A DNA stretch of 64,000 nucleotides, taken from Rebecca billardiae RCC1528. Its lineage: Eukaryota > Protista > Haptophyta. The stretch lies in NCBI GenBank assembly GCA_965240325.2, contig OZ251231.1:1-64000 (forward strand), written 5' to 3'. Both the position numbers and the translations under genes were made by a program. The notes beneath the pieces are model-generated. The model was not told the origin of the DNA, did not search any database, and saw only the letters and a list, made by a program, of their open reading frames with translations. Numbering within the stretch: the stretch's first letter is position 1; every line of letters starts with the position of its first letter. Of this stretch, positions 25,301 to 37,712 are shown in pieces.

Positions 25301-28300
25301 TGCGGAGGGCCTCCGACAGGGACTTAGGCACCCGCCGACGTGCGCGCAGGCAAGCACTCGGCCTAGGCGCCGCTGAGCCGTCGAAAGGCACCGCTCTGCT
25401 CGACATATGCGCCAGGTCCCAGGCCCGTATCTGCCCGCCCGCGCCGAATGGGCCAATTGCAGTGTGAACGGGTGGCGGCGCACTGCGGAGGGCCTCCGAC
25501 AGGGACTTAGGCACCCGCCGACGTGCGCGCAGGCAAGCACTCGGCCTAGGCGCCGCTGAGCCGTCGAAAGGCACCGCTCTGCTCGACATGTGCGCCAGGT
25601 CCCAGGCCCGTATCTGCCCGCCCGCGCCGAATGGGCCAATTGCAGTGTGAACGGGTGGCGGCGCACTGCGGAGGGCCGCCGACAGGGCGTGCGGCACCCG
25701 CCGACGTGCGCGCAGGCAAGCACTCGGCCTAGGCGCCGCTGAGCCGTCGAAAGGCACCGCTCTGCTCGACCTGTGCGCCAGGTCCCAGGCCCGTATCTGC
25801 CCGCCCGCGCCGAATGGGCCAATTGCAGTGTGAATGGGTGGCGGCGCACTGCGGAGGGCCTCCGACAGGGACTTAGGCACCCGCCGACGTGCGCGCAGGC
25901 AAGCACTCGGCCTAGGCGCCGCTGAGCCGTCGAAAGGCACCGCTCTGGTCGACCTGTGCGCCAGGTCCCAGGCCCGTATCTGCCCGCCCGCGCCGAATGG
26001 GCCAATTGCAGTGTGAACTGGTGGCGGCGCACTGCGGAGGGCCTCCGACAGGGACTTAGGCACCCGCCGACGTGCGCGCAGGCAAGCACTCGGCCTAGGC
26101 GCCGCTGAGCCGTCGAAAGGCACCGCTCTGCTCGACATGTGCGCCAGGTCCCAGGCCCGTATCTGCCCGCCCGCGCCGAATGGGCCAATTGCAGTGTGAA
26201 CGGGTGGCTGCGCACTGCGGAGGGCCTCCGACAGGGAGTTAGGCACCCGCCGACGTGCGCGCAGGCAAGCACTCGGCCTAGGCGCCGCTGAGCCGTCGAA
26301 AGGCACCGCTCTGCTCGACATGTGCGCCAGGTCCCAGGCCCGTATCTGCCCGCCCGCGCCGAATGGGCCGATTGCAGTGTGAACGGGTGGCGGCGCACTG
26401 CGGAGGGCCTCCGACAGGGAGTTAGGCACCCGCCGACGTGCGCGCAGGCAAGCACTCGGCCTAGGCGCCGCTGAGCCGTCGAAAGGCACCGCTCTGGTCG
26501 ACCTGTGCGCCAGGTCCCAGGCCCGTATCTGCCCGCCCGCGCCGAATGGGCCAATTGCAGTGTGAACGGGTGGCGGCGCACTGCGGAGGGCCTCCGACAG
26601 GGACTTAGGCACCCGCCGACGTGCGCGCAGGCAAGCACTCGGCCTAGGCGCCGCTGAGCCGTCGAAAGGCACCGCTCTGCTCGACATGTGCGCCAGGTCC
26701 CAGGCCCGTATCTGCCCGCCCGCGCCGAATGGGCCAATTGCAGTGTGAATGGGTGGCTGCGCACTGCGGAGGGCCTCCGACAGGGAGTTAGGCACCCGCC
26801 GACGTGCGCGCAGGCGAGCACTCGGCCTAGGCGCCGCTGAGCCGTCGAAAGGCACCGCTCTAGCCGACATGTGCGCGAAGTGCCACGCCCGTATCTGCCC
26901 GCCCGCGCCGAATGGGCCAATTGCAGTGTGAATGGGTGGCTGCGCACTGCGGAGGGCCGCCGACAGGGCGTGCGGCACCCGCCGACGTGCGCGCAGGCGA
27001 GCACTCGGCCTAGGCGCCGCTGAGCCGTCGAAAGGCACCGCTCTGGTCGACCTGTGCGCCAGGTCCCAGGCCCGTATCTGCCCGCCCGCGCCGAATGGGC
27101 CAATTGCAGTGTGAATGGGTGGCGGCGCACTGCGGAGGGCCTCCGACAGGGACTTAGGCACCCGCCGACGTGCGCGCAGGCAAGCACTCGGCCTAGGCGC
27201 CGCTGAGCCGTCGAAAGGCACCGCTCTGCTCGACATGTGCGCCAGGTCCCAGGCCCGTATCTGCCCGCCCGCGCTGAATGGGCCAATTGCAGTGTGAATG
27301 GGTGGCTGCGCACTGCGGAGGGCCTCCGACAGGGAGTTAGGCACCCGCCGACGTGCGCGCAGGCGAGCACTCGGCCTAGGCGCCGCTGAGCCGTCGAAAG
27401 GCACCGCTCTAGTCGACATGTGCGCGAAGTGCCACGCCCGTACCTGCCCGCCCGCGCCGAATGGGCCAATTGCAGTGTGAACGGGTGGCTGCGCACTGCG
27501 GAGGGCCTCCGACAGGGCGTGCGGCACCCGCCGACATGCGCGCAGGCAAGCACTCGGCCTAGGCGCCGCTGAGCCGTCGAAAGGCACCGCTCTGGTCGAC
27601 ATGTGCGCCAGGTCCCAGGCCCGTATCTGCCCGCCCGCGCCGAATGGGCCAATTGCAGTGTGAATGGGTGGCTGCTCACTGCGGAGGGCCTCCGACAGGG
27701 AGTTAGGCACCCGCCGACGTGCGCGCAGGCGAGCACTCGGCCTAGGCGCCGCTGAGCCGTCGAAAGGCACCGCTCTGGTCGACATGTGCGCCAGGTCCCA
27801 GGCCCGTATCTGCCCGCCCGCGCGGAATGGGCCAATTGCAGTGTGAATGGGTGGCTGCGCACTGCGGAGGGCCTCCGACAGGGAGTTAGGCACCCGCCGA
27901 CGTGCGCGCAGGCAAGCACTCGGCCTAGGCGCCGCTGAGCCGTCGAAAGGCACCGCTCTGCTCGACATGTGCGCGAAGTGCCACGCCCGTATCTGCCCGC
28001 CCGCGTCGAATGGGCCAATTGCAGTGTGAACGGGTGGCTGCGCACTGCGGAGGGCCTCCGACAGGGCGTGCGGCACCCGCCGACGTGCGCGCAGGCAAGC
28101 ACTCGGCCTAGGCGCCGCTGAGCCGTCGAAAGGCACCGCTCTGGTCGACATGTGCGCCAGGTCCCAGGCCCGTATCTGCCCGCCCGCGCCGAATGGGCCA
28201 ATTGCAGTGTGAACTGGTGGCGGCGCACTGCGGAGGGCCTCCGACAGGGAGTTAGGCACCCGCCGACGTGCGCGCAGGCAAGCACTCGGCCTAGGCGCCG

Positions 28301-31300
28301 CTGAGCCGTCGAAAGGCACCGCTCTGGTCGACATGTGCGCCAGGTCCCAGGCCCGTATCTGCCCGCCCGCGCCGAATGGGCCAATTGCAGTGTGAACTGG
28401 TGGCGGCGCACTGCGGAGGGCCTCCGACAGGGACTTAGGCACCCGCCGACGTGCGCGCAGGCAAGCACTCGGCCTAGGCGCCGCTGAGCCGTCGAAAGGC
28501 ACCGCTCTGCTCGACATATGCGCCAGGTCCCAGGCCCGTATCTGCCCGCCCGCGCCGAATGGGCCAATTGCAGTGTGAACGGGTGGCGGCGCACTGCGGA
28601 GGGCCTCCGACAGGGACTTAGGCACCCGCCGACGTGCGCGCAGGCAAGCACTCGGCCTAGGCGCCGCTGAGCCGTCGAAAGGCACCGCTCTGCTCGACAT
28701 GTGCGCCAGGTCCCAGGCCCGTATCTGCCCGCCCGCGCCGAATGGGCCAATTGCAGTGTGAACGGGTGGCGGCGCACTGCGGAGGGCCGCCGACAGGGCG
28801 TGCGGCACCCGCCGACGTGCGCGCAGGCAAGCACTCGGCCTAGGCGCCGCTGAGCCGTCGAAAGGCACCGCTCTGCTCGACCTGTGCGCCAGGTCCCAGG
28901 CCCGTATCTGCCCGCCCGCGCCGAATGGGCCAATTGCAGTGTGAATGGGTGGCGGCGCACTGCGGAGGGCCTCCGACAGGGACTTAGGCACCCGCCGACG
29001 TGCGCGCAGGCAAGCACTCGGCCTAGGCGCCGCTGAGCCGTCGAAAGGCACCGCTCTGGTCGACCTGTGCGCCAGGTCCCAGGCCCGTATCTGCCCGCCC
29101 GCGCCGAATGGGCCAATTGCAGTGTGAACTGGTGGCGGCGCACTGCGGAGGGCCTCCGACAGGGACTTAGGCACCCGCCGACGTGCGCGCAGGCAAGCAC
29201 TCGGCCTAGGCGCCGCTGAGCCGTCGAAAGGCACCGCTCTGCTCGACATGTGCGCCAGGTCCCAGGCCCGTATCTGCCCGCCCGCGCCGAATGGGCCAAT
29301 TGCAGTGTGAACTGGTGGCGGCGCACTGCGGAGGGCCTCCGACAGGGAGTTAGGCACCCGCCGACGTGCGCGCAGGCAAGCACTCGGCCTAGGCGCCGCT
29401 GAGCCGTCGAAAGGCACCGCTCTGCTCGACATGTGCGCCAGGTCCCAGGCCCGTATCTGCCCGCCCGCGCCGAATGGGCCAATTGCAGTGTGAACGGGTG
29501 GCGGCGCACTGCGGAGGGCCTCCGACAGGGAGTTAGGCACCCGCCGACGTGCGCGCAGGCGAGCACTCGGCCTAGGCGCCGCTGAGCCGTCGAAAGGCAC
29601 CGCTCTGGTCGACATGTGCGCCAGGTCCCAGGCCCGTATCTGCCCGCCCGCGCCGAATGGGCCAATTGCAGTGTGAACTGGTGGCGGCGCACTGCGGAGG
29701 GCCTCCGACAGGGAGTTAGGCACCCGCCGACGTGCGCGCAGGCAAGCACTCGGCCTAGGCGCCGCTGAGCCGTCGAAAGGCACCGCTCTGGTCGACATGT
29801 GCGCCAGGTCCCAGGCCCGTATCTGCCCGCCCGCGCCGAATGGGCCAATTGCAGTGTGAATGGGTGGCGGCGCACTGCGGAGGGCCTCCGACAGGGAGTT
29901 AGGCACCCGCCGACGTGCGCGCAGGCAAGCACTCGGCCTAGGCGCCGCTGAGCCGTCGAAAGGCACCGCTCTGGTCGACATGTGCGCCAGGTCCCAGGCC
30001 CGTATCTGCCCGCCCGCGCCGAATGGGCCAATTGCAGTGTGAATGGGTGGCTGCGCACTGCGGAGGGCCGCCGACCGGGCGTGCGGCACCCGCCGACGTG
30101 CGCGCAGGCGAGCACTCGGCCTAGGCGCCGCTGAGCCGTCGAAAGGCACCGCTCTGGTCGACCTGTGCGCCAGGTCCCAGGCCCGTATCTGCCCGCCCGC
30201 GCTGAATGGGCCAATTGCAGTGTGAACTGGTGGCGGCGCACTGCGGAGGGCCTCCGACAGGGACTTAGGCACCCGCCGACGTGCGCGCAGGCAAGCACTC
30301 GGCCTAGGCGCCGCTGAGCCGTCGAAAGGCACCGCTCTGCTCGACATGTGCGCCAGGTCCCAGGCCCGTATCTGCCCGCCCGCGCCGAATGGGCCAATTG
30401 CAGTGTGAACTGGTGGCGGCGCACTGCGGAGGGCCTCCGACAGGGAGTTAGGCACCCGCCGACGTGCGCGCAGGCAAGCACTCGGCCTAGGCGCCGCTGA
30501 GCCGTCGAAAGGCACCGCTCTGCTCGACATGTGCGCCAGGTCCCAGGCCCGTATCTGCCCGCCCGCGCCGAATGGGCCAATTGCAGTGTGAACGGGTGGT
30601 GGCGCACTGCGGAGGGCCTCCGACAGGGAGTTAGGCACCCGCCGACGTGCGCGCAGGCAAGCACTCGGCCTAGGCGCCGCTGAGCCGTCGAAAGGCACCG
30701 CTCTGCTCGACATGTGCGCCAGGTCCCAGGCCCGTATCTGCCCGCCCGCGCCGAATGGGCCAATTGCAGTGTGAATGGGTGGCTGCGCACTGCGGAGGGC
30801 CTCCGACAGGGAGTTAGGCACCCGCCGACGTGCGCGCAGGCAAGCACTCGGCCTAGGCGCCGCTGAGCCGTCGAAAGGCACCGCTCTGCTCGACATGTGC
30901 GCCAGGTCCCAGGCCCGTATCTGCCCGCCCGCGCCGAATGGGCCAATTGCAGTGTGAATGGGTGGCTGCGCACTGCGGAGGGCCGCCGACAGGGCGTGCG
31001 GCACCCGCCGACGTGCGCGCAGGCGAGCACTCGGCCTAGGCGCCGCTGAGCCGTCGAAAGGCACCGCTCTGGTCGACCTGTGCGCCAGGTCCCAGCCCCG
31101 TATCTGCCCGCCCGCGCCGAATGGGCCAATTGCAGTGTGAACTGGTGGCGGCGCACTGCGGAGGGCCTCCGACAGGGAGTTAGGCACCCGCCGACGTGCG
31201 CGCAGGCAAGCACTCGGCCTAGGCGCCGCTGAGCCGTCGAAAGGCACCGCTCTGGTCGACATGTGCGCCAGGTCCCAGGCCCGTATCTGCCCGCCCGCGC

Positions 31301-34300
31301 CGAATGGGCCAATTGCAGTGTGAATGGGTGGCGGCGCACTGCGGAGGGCCTCCGACAGGGAGTTAGGCACCCGCCGACGTGCGCGCAGGCAAGCACTCGG
31401 CCTAGGCGCCGCTGAGCCGTCGAAAGGCACCGCTCTGGTCGACATGTGCGCCAGGTCCCAGGCCCGTATCTGCCCGCCCGCGCCGAATGGGCCAATTGCA
31501 GTGTGAATGGGTGGCTGCGCACTGCGGAGGGCCGCCGACCGGGCGTGCGGCACCCGCCGACGTGCGCGCAGGCGAGCACTCGGCCTAGGCGCCGCTGAGC
31601 CGTCGAAAGGCACCGCTCTGGTCGACCTGTGCGCCAGGTCCCAGGCCCGTATCTGCCCGCCCGCGCTGAATGGGCCAATTGCAGTGTGAACTGGTGGCGG
31701 CGCACTGCGGAGGGCCTCCGACAGGGACTTAGGCACCCGCCGACGTGCGCGCAGGCAAGCACTCGGCCTAGGCGCCGCTGAGCCGTCGAAAGGCACCGCT
31801 CTGCTCGACATGTGCGCCAGGTCCCAGGCCCGTATCTGCCCGCCCGCGCCGAATGGGCCAATTGCAGTGTGAACTGGTGGCGGCGCACTGCGGAGGGCCT
31901 CCGACAGGGAGTTAGGCACCCGCCGACGTGCGCGCAGGCAAGCACTCGGCCTAGGCGCCGCTGAGCCGTCGAAAGGCACCGCTCTGCTCGACATGTGCGC
32001 CAGGTCCCAGGCCCGTATCTGCCCGCCCGCGCCGAATGGGCCAATTGCAGTGTGAACGGGTGGTGGCGCACTGCGGAGGGCCTCCGACAGGGAGTTAGGC
32101 ACCCGCCGACGTGCGCGCAGGCAAGCACTCGGCCTAGGCGCCGCTGAGCCGTCGAAAGGCACCGCTCTGCTCGACATGTGCGCCAGGTCCCAGGCCCGTA
32201 TCTGCCCGCCCGCGCCGAATGGGCCAATTGCAGTGTGAATGGGTGGCTGCGCACTGCGGAGGGCCTCCGACAGGGAGTTAGGCACCCGCCGACGTGCGCG
32301 CAGGCAAGCACTCGGCCTAGGCGCCGCTGAGCCGTCGAAAGGCACCGCTCTGCTCGACATGTGCGCCAGGTCCCAGGCCCGTATCTGCCCGCCCGCGCCG
32401 AATGGGCCAATTGCAGTGTGAATGGGTGGCTGCGCACTGCGGAGGGCCGCCGACAGGGCGTGCGGCACCCGCCGACGTGCGCGCAGGCGAGCACTCGGCC
32501 TAGGCGCCGCTGAGCCGTCGAAAGGCACCGCTCTGGTCGACCTGTGCGCCAGGTCCCAGCCCCGTATCTGCCCGCCCGCGCCGAATGGGCCAATTGCAGT
32601 GTGAACTGGTGGCGGCGCACTGCGGAGGGCCTCCGACAGGGACTTAGGCACCCGCCGACGTGCGCGCAGGCGAGCACTCGGCCTAGGCGCCGCTGAGCCG
32701 TCGAAAGGCACCGCTCTGCTCGACCTGTGCGCCAGGTCCCAGGCCCGTATCTGCCCGCCCGCGCCGAATGGGCCAATTGCAGTGTGAATGGGTGGCGGCG
32801 CACTGCGGAGGGCCTCCGACAGGGACTTAGGCACCCGCCGACGTGCGCGCAGGCAAGCACTCGGCCTAGGCGCCGCTGAGCCGTCGAAAGGCACCGCTCT
32901 AGCCGACATGTGCGCGAAGTGCCACGCCCGTATCTGCCCGCCCGCGTCGAATGGGCCAATTGCAGTGTGAACGGGTGGCTGCGCACTGCGGAGGGCCTCC
33001 GACAGGGCGTGCGGCACCCGCCGACGTGCGCGCAGGCAAGCACTCGGCCTAGGCGCCGCTGAGCCGTCGAAAGGCACCGCTCTGGTCGACATGTGCGCCA
33101 GGTTCCAGGCCCGTATCTGCCCGCCCGCGCCGAATGGGCCAATTGCAGTGTGAACTGGTGGCGGCGCACTGCGGAGGGCCTCCGACAGGGAGTTAGGCAC
33201 CCGCCGACGTGCGCGCAGGCAAGCACTCGGCCTAGGCGCCGCTGAGCCGTCGAAAGGCACCGCTCTGGTCGACATGTGCGCCAGGTCCCAGGCCCGTATC
33301 TGCCCGCCCGCGCCGAATGGGCCAATTGCAGTGTGAACTGGTGGCGGCGCACTGCGGAGGGCCTCCGACAGGGAGTTAGGCACCCGCCGACGTGCGCGCA
33401 GGCGAGCACTCGGCCTAGGCGCCGCTGAGCCGTCGAAAGGCACCGCTCTAGTCGACATGTGCGCGAAGTGCCACGCCCGTACCTGCCCGCCCGCGCCGAA
33501 TGGGCCAATTGCAGTGTGAACGGGTGGCTGCGCACTGCGGAGGGCCTCCGACAGGGCGTGCGGCACCCGCCGACATGCGCGCAGGCAAGCACTCGGCCTA
33601 GGCGCCGCTGAGCCGTCGAAAGGCACCGCTCTGGTCGACATGTGCGCCAGGTCCCAGGCCCGTATCTGCCCGCCCGCGCCGAATGGGCCAATTGCAGTGT
33701 GAATGGGTGGCTGCTCACTGCGGAGGGCCTCCGACAGGGACTTAGGCACCCGCCGACGTGCGCGCAGGCGAGCACTCGGCCTAGGCGCCGCTGAGCCGTC
33801 GAAAGGCACCGCTCTGCTCGACCTGTGCGCCAGGTCCCAGGCCCGTATCTGCCCGCCCGCGCCGAATGGGCCAATTGCAGTGTGAATGGGTGGCGGCGCA
33901 CTGCGGAGGGCCTCCGACAGGGACTTAGGCACCCGCCGACGTGCGCGCAGGCAAGCACTCGGCCTAGGCGCCGCTGAGCCGTCGAAAGGCACGCTGCGCA
34001 CTGCGGAGGGCCTCCGACAGGGAGTTAGGCACCCGCCGACGTGCGCGCAGGCGAGCACTCGGCCTAGGCGCCGCTGAGCCGTCGAAAGGCACCGCTCTAG
34101 TCGACATGTGCGCGAAGTGCCACGCCCGTACCTGCCCGCCCGCGCCGAATGGGCCAATTGCAGTGTGAACGGGTGGCTGCGCACTGCGGAGGGCCTCCGA
34201 CAGGGCGTGCGGCACCCGCCGACATGCGCGCAGGCAAGCACTCGGCCTAGGCGCCGCTGAGCCGTCGAAAGGCACCGCTCTGGTCGACATGTGCGCCAGG

Positions 34301-36488
34301 TCCCAGGCCCGTATCTGCCCGCCCGCGCCGAATGGGCCAATTGCAGTGTGAATGGGTGGCTGCTCACTGCGGAGGGCCGCCGACAGGGCGTGCGGCACCC
34401 GCCGACGTGCGCGCAGGCGAGCACTCGGCCTAGGCGCCACTGAGCCGTCGAAAGGCACCGCTCTGGTCGACATGTACGCCAGGTGCCAGGCCCGTATCTG
34501 CCCGCCCCCGCCGAATGGGCCAATTGCAGTGTGAATGGGTGGCTGCTCACTGCAGACGGCCCCCGACAGGGCGTGCGGCACCCGCCAACGTGTGCGCAGG
34601 CGAGCACTCGGCCTAGGTGCCGCTGAGCCGTCGAAAGGCACCGTTCTGCTCGACATGTGCGCCAGGTCCCAGGCCCGTATCTGCCCGCCCGCGCTGAATG
34701 GGCCAATTGCAGTGTGAATGGGTGGCTGCGCACTGCGGAGGGCCTCCGACAGGGACTTAGGCACCCGCCGACGTGCGCGCAGGCAAGCACTCGGCCTAGG
34801 CGCCGCTGAGCCGTCGAAAGGCACCGCTCTGCTCGACATGTGCGCCAGGTCCCAGGCCCGTATCTGCCCGCCCGCGCTGAATGGGCCAATTGCAGTGTGA
34901 ATGGGTGGCTGCGCACTGCGGAGGGCCTCCGACAGGGAGTTAGGCACCCGCCGACGTGCGCGCAGGCGAGCACTCGGCCTAGGCGCCGCTGAGCCGTCGA
35001 AAGGCACCGCTCTAGCCGACATGTGCGCGAAGTGCCACGCCCGTATCTGCCCGCCCGCGCCGAATGGGCCAATTGCAGTGTGAATGGGTGGCTGCGCACT
35101 GCGGAGGGCCTCCGACAGGGACTTAGGCACCCGCCGACGTGCGCGCAGGCAAGCACTCGGCCTAGGCGCCGCTGAGCCGTCGAAAGGCACCGCTCTGCTC
35201 GACATGTGCGCCAGGTCCCAGGCCCGTATCTGCCCGCCCGCGCTGAATGGGCCAATTGCAGTGTGAATGGGTGGCTGCGCACTGCGGAGGGCCGCCGACA
35301 GGGTGTGCGGCACCCGCCGACGTGCGCGCAGGCGAGCACTCGGCCTAGGCGCCGCTGAGCCGTCGAAAGGCACCGCTCTGGTCGACCTGTGCGCCAGGTC
35401 CCAGGCCCGTATCTGCCCGCCCGCGCCGAATGGGCCAATTGCAGTGTGAACTGGTGGCGGCGCACTGCGGAGGGCCTCCGACAGGGACTTAGGCACCCGC
35501 CGACGTGCGCGCAGGCAAGCACTCGGCCTAGGCGCCGCTGAGCCGTCGAAAGGCACCGCTCTGCTCGACATATGCGCCAGGTCCCAGGCCCGTATCTGCC
35601 CGCCCGCGCCGAATGGGCCAATTGCAGTGTGAACGGGTGGCGGCGCACTGCGGAGGGCCTCCGACAGGGACTTAGGCACCCGCCGACGTGCGCGCAGGCA
35701 AGCACTCGGCCTAGGCGCCGCTGAGCCGTCGAAAGGCACCGCTCTGCTCGACATGTGCGCCAGGTCCCAGGCCCGTATCTGCCCGCCCGCGCCGAATGGG
35801 CCAATTGCAGTGTGAACGGGTGGCGGCGCACTGCGGAGGGCCTCCGACAGGGAGTTAGGCACCCGCCGACGTGCGCGCAGGCAAGCACTCGGCCTAGGCG
35901 CCGCTGAGCCGTCGAAAGGCACCGCTCTGGTCGACCTGTGCGCCAGGTCCCAGGCCCGTATCTGCCCGCCCGCGCCGAATGGGCCAATTGCAGTGTGAAC
36001 TGGTGGCGGCGCACTGCGGAGGGCCTCCGACAGGGACTTAGGCACCCGCCGACGTGCGCGCAGGCAAGCACTCGGCCTAGGCGCCGCTGAGCCGTCGAAA
36101 GGCACCGCTCTGCTCGACATGTGCGCCAGGTCCCAGGCCCGTATCTGCCCGCCCGCGCTGAATGGGCCAATTGCAGTGTGAATGGGTGGCTGCGCACTGC
36201 GGAGGGCCTCCGACAGGGAGTTAGGCACCCGCCGACGTGCGCGCAGGCGAGCACTCGGCCTAGGCGCCGCTGAGCCGTCGAAAGGCACCGCTCTGGCCGA
36301 CATGTGCGCGAAGTGCCATGCCCGTATCTGCCCGCCCGCGCCGAATGGGCCAATTGCAGTGTGAATGGGTGGCTGCGCACTGCGGAGGGCCGCCGACAGG
36401 GAGTTAGGCACCCGCCGACGTGCGCGCAGGCGAGCACTCGGGCTGAACGCCGCTGAGCCGTCGAAAGGCACCGCTCTGCTCGACATGT
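22319..36488. repeat. Subtelomeric satellite B, monomer 183 bp, ~78 copies, with two truncated monomers and an 8-mer (1464-bp) tandem duplication
   Basis: The unit CAGGCCCGTATCTGCCCGCCCGCGCCGAATGGGCCAATTGCAGTGTGAA...GCTGAGCCGTCGAAAGGCACCGCTCTG...GCGCCAGGTCC recurs every 183 bp. Deletions: 10 bp at ~24092 and 83 bp at ~33992. The variant GCCGACCGGG occurs at ~30070 and ~31534. Confidence 0.98.
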
Positions 36489-37193
36489 ACGACCGCCCCG
36501 TCCGACGCGGGCTCGCGCCCATCCGCGCCGCGGGATGCAGAATGCTGATTCGCGCGCCGCCCCGCCGCGACCAACGGACACGGTCGAAACGTCGCGAAAA
36601 GATACCAGCAGATATTCCAGCCTCGTGAAAATCTGGCCTCGGAAACCAGCATGGCGGCGCTTCATCCACGCCACCCGCGGGGGGCGGCTGTCGTGCGTGC
36701 GCACGCCGGCGCAGTGGTCCGCGAGGGGATCCACGCGCCGTCAAAGCACGCGCGCCTCGGCCAGCTCAGCACGTCCCACGCGCGGCCATGGCGGCGGCGT
36801 GAGCGCACAGCAGGCCCCTCGCTGGGCTGCGCGCGGCCGCGCGAGTGCACTGCCGAGCGGTGGCGCGCGCGTGCTGGGAGCGTGCATCCGCGTCTCCATC
36901 CATCGCACGCACGCCGCCGCGCAGTGCGTGGTGCCAGTCGGCAGCACGTGAACAGCTGCCAAGCCTGTGCGCAGAGCTGGGCCGCGGCGCGCGCTTGGCG
37001 GTTGAAAATGAAGGCTGCGCGACTCCTGCTCGCCACCGCCGACCCGCGGTGATCGCACGCCCCAGTGCGTGCGCTCGTCTCGACCGCCACGCGCCACGGC
37101 AAGGGACGGCCGCTCTCCCTCGAAGCGAGGCGCGTGCGCGAGCAGCGGCACCCAGCAGCGCGCGCAGCGCGGCCGTGAGTGAGGGCTCGCACC

Positions 37194-37712
37194 AGAGGCA
37201 GCCCGGACGAGGTGGAAGATGGGGGCGCGGGGGGCGGGGGCAGTCTGGGATGGTGTGTTGCGCCAGCCACGGCCGCGACGCGCTCGCACCACGCGCCGCC
37301 GACCTAGCATGCGCTGCGCTCGCTCGGCTGGCTCGCTGCCCACCCTACGCGCTGCGGTCGCGCCCGTGTGGGTGCGCGATGGGCAGCCTGCGCCACTGCC
37401 GCGCGCGCTGCCCCAGGCCCAGCATCGGTACGGCCGCGACAGCCCGAGCCTGGCGCACGGGCAGCCCTTGCGGGCCCGCGCGGGCAAGCCGCGGGGCGCC
37501 ACGCCTCGACCTCGGCTGCGGCGCCACGTGCTGTGCCGAGGTCCGGCGATCCCAGCCGAGCCGCACGGGGCGCGATGCGGCGCGCTGCAGCCGCAGCCCG
37601 AGGCTGGCTCGCGGTCGTCGCGTGCGCCCTCGTGCGGGCAGCCCGGGGGGTCCCACGCCTCGCGCTCGGCTTGGCCGCCGCGTGCTGCGCCGCGGTTCAT
37701 CGCACCTCGCCA
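37194..37712. repeat. Diverged dispersed repeat, copy A (partner at 42407-42778)
   Basis: GAGGCAGCCCGGACGAGGTGGAAGATGGGGGCGCGG... and GGCTCGCGGTCGTCGCGTGCGCCCTCG...CGTGCTGCGCCGCGG..TTCATC..GCACCTCGCCA match the 42.4-42.8 kb block colinearly. Confidence 0.85.

Noticed and set aside
1847-36488. Hammerhead ribozyme in the CTGA-N6-GAAA motif of both satellites
   Set aside because: The core requires CUGANGA plus a stem II before GAAA. The monomers have CTGATAC and CTGAGCC, lacking G8/A9, and I found no convincing helix I/III.
1847-36488. CRISPR-like array interpretation
   Set aside because: Whole monomers repeat with no unique spacers, the context is a eukaryotic telomere, and no cas genes are present.
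23282-36628. Repeated 60-aa plus-strand ORFs (MGGCALRRASDRELG...)
   Set aside because: They appear only in monomers where a variable site happens to create ATG right after the constant TGA; a by-product of the 183-bp period.
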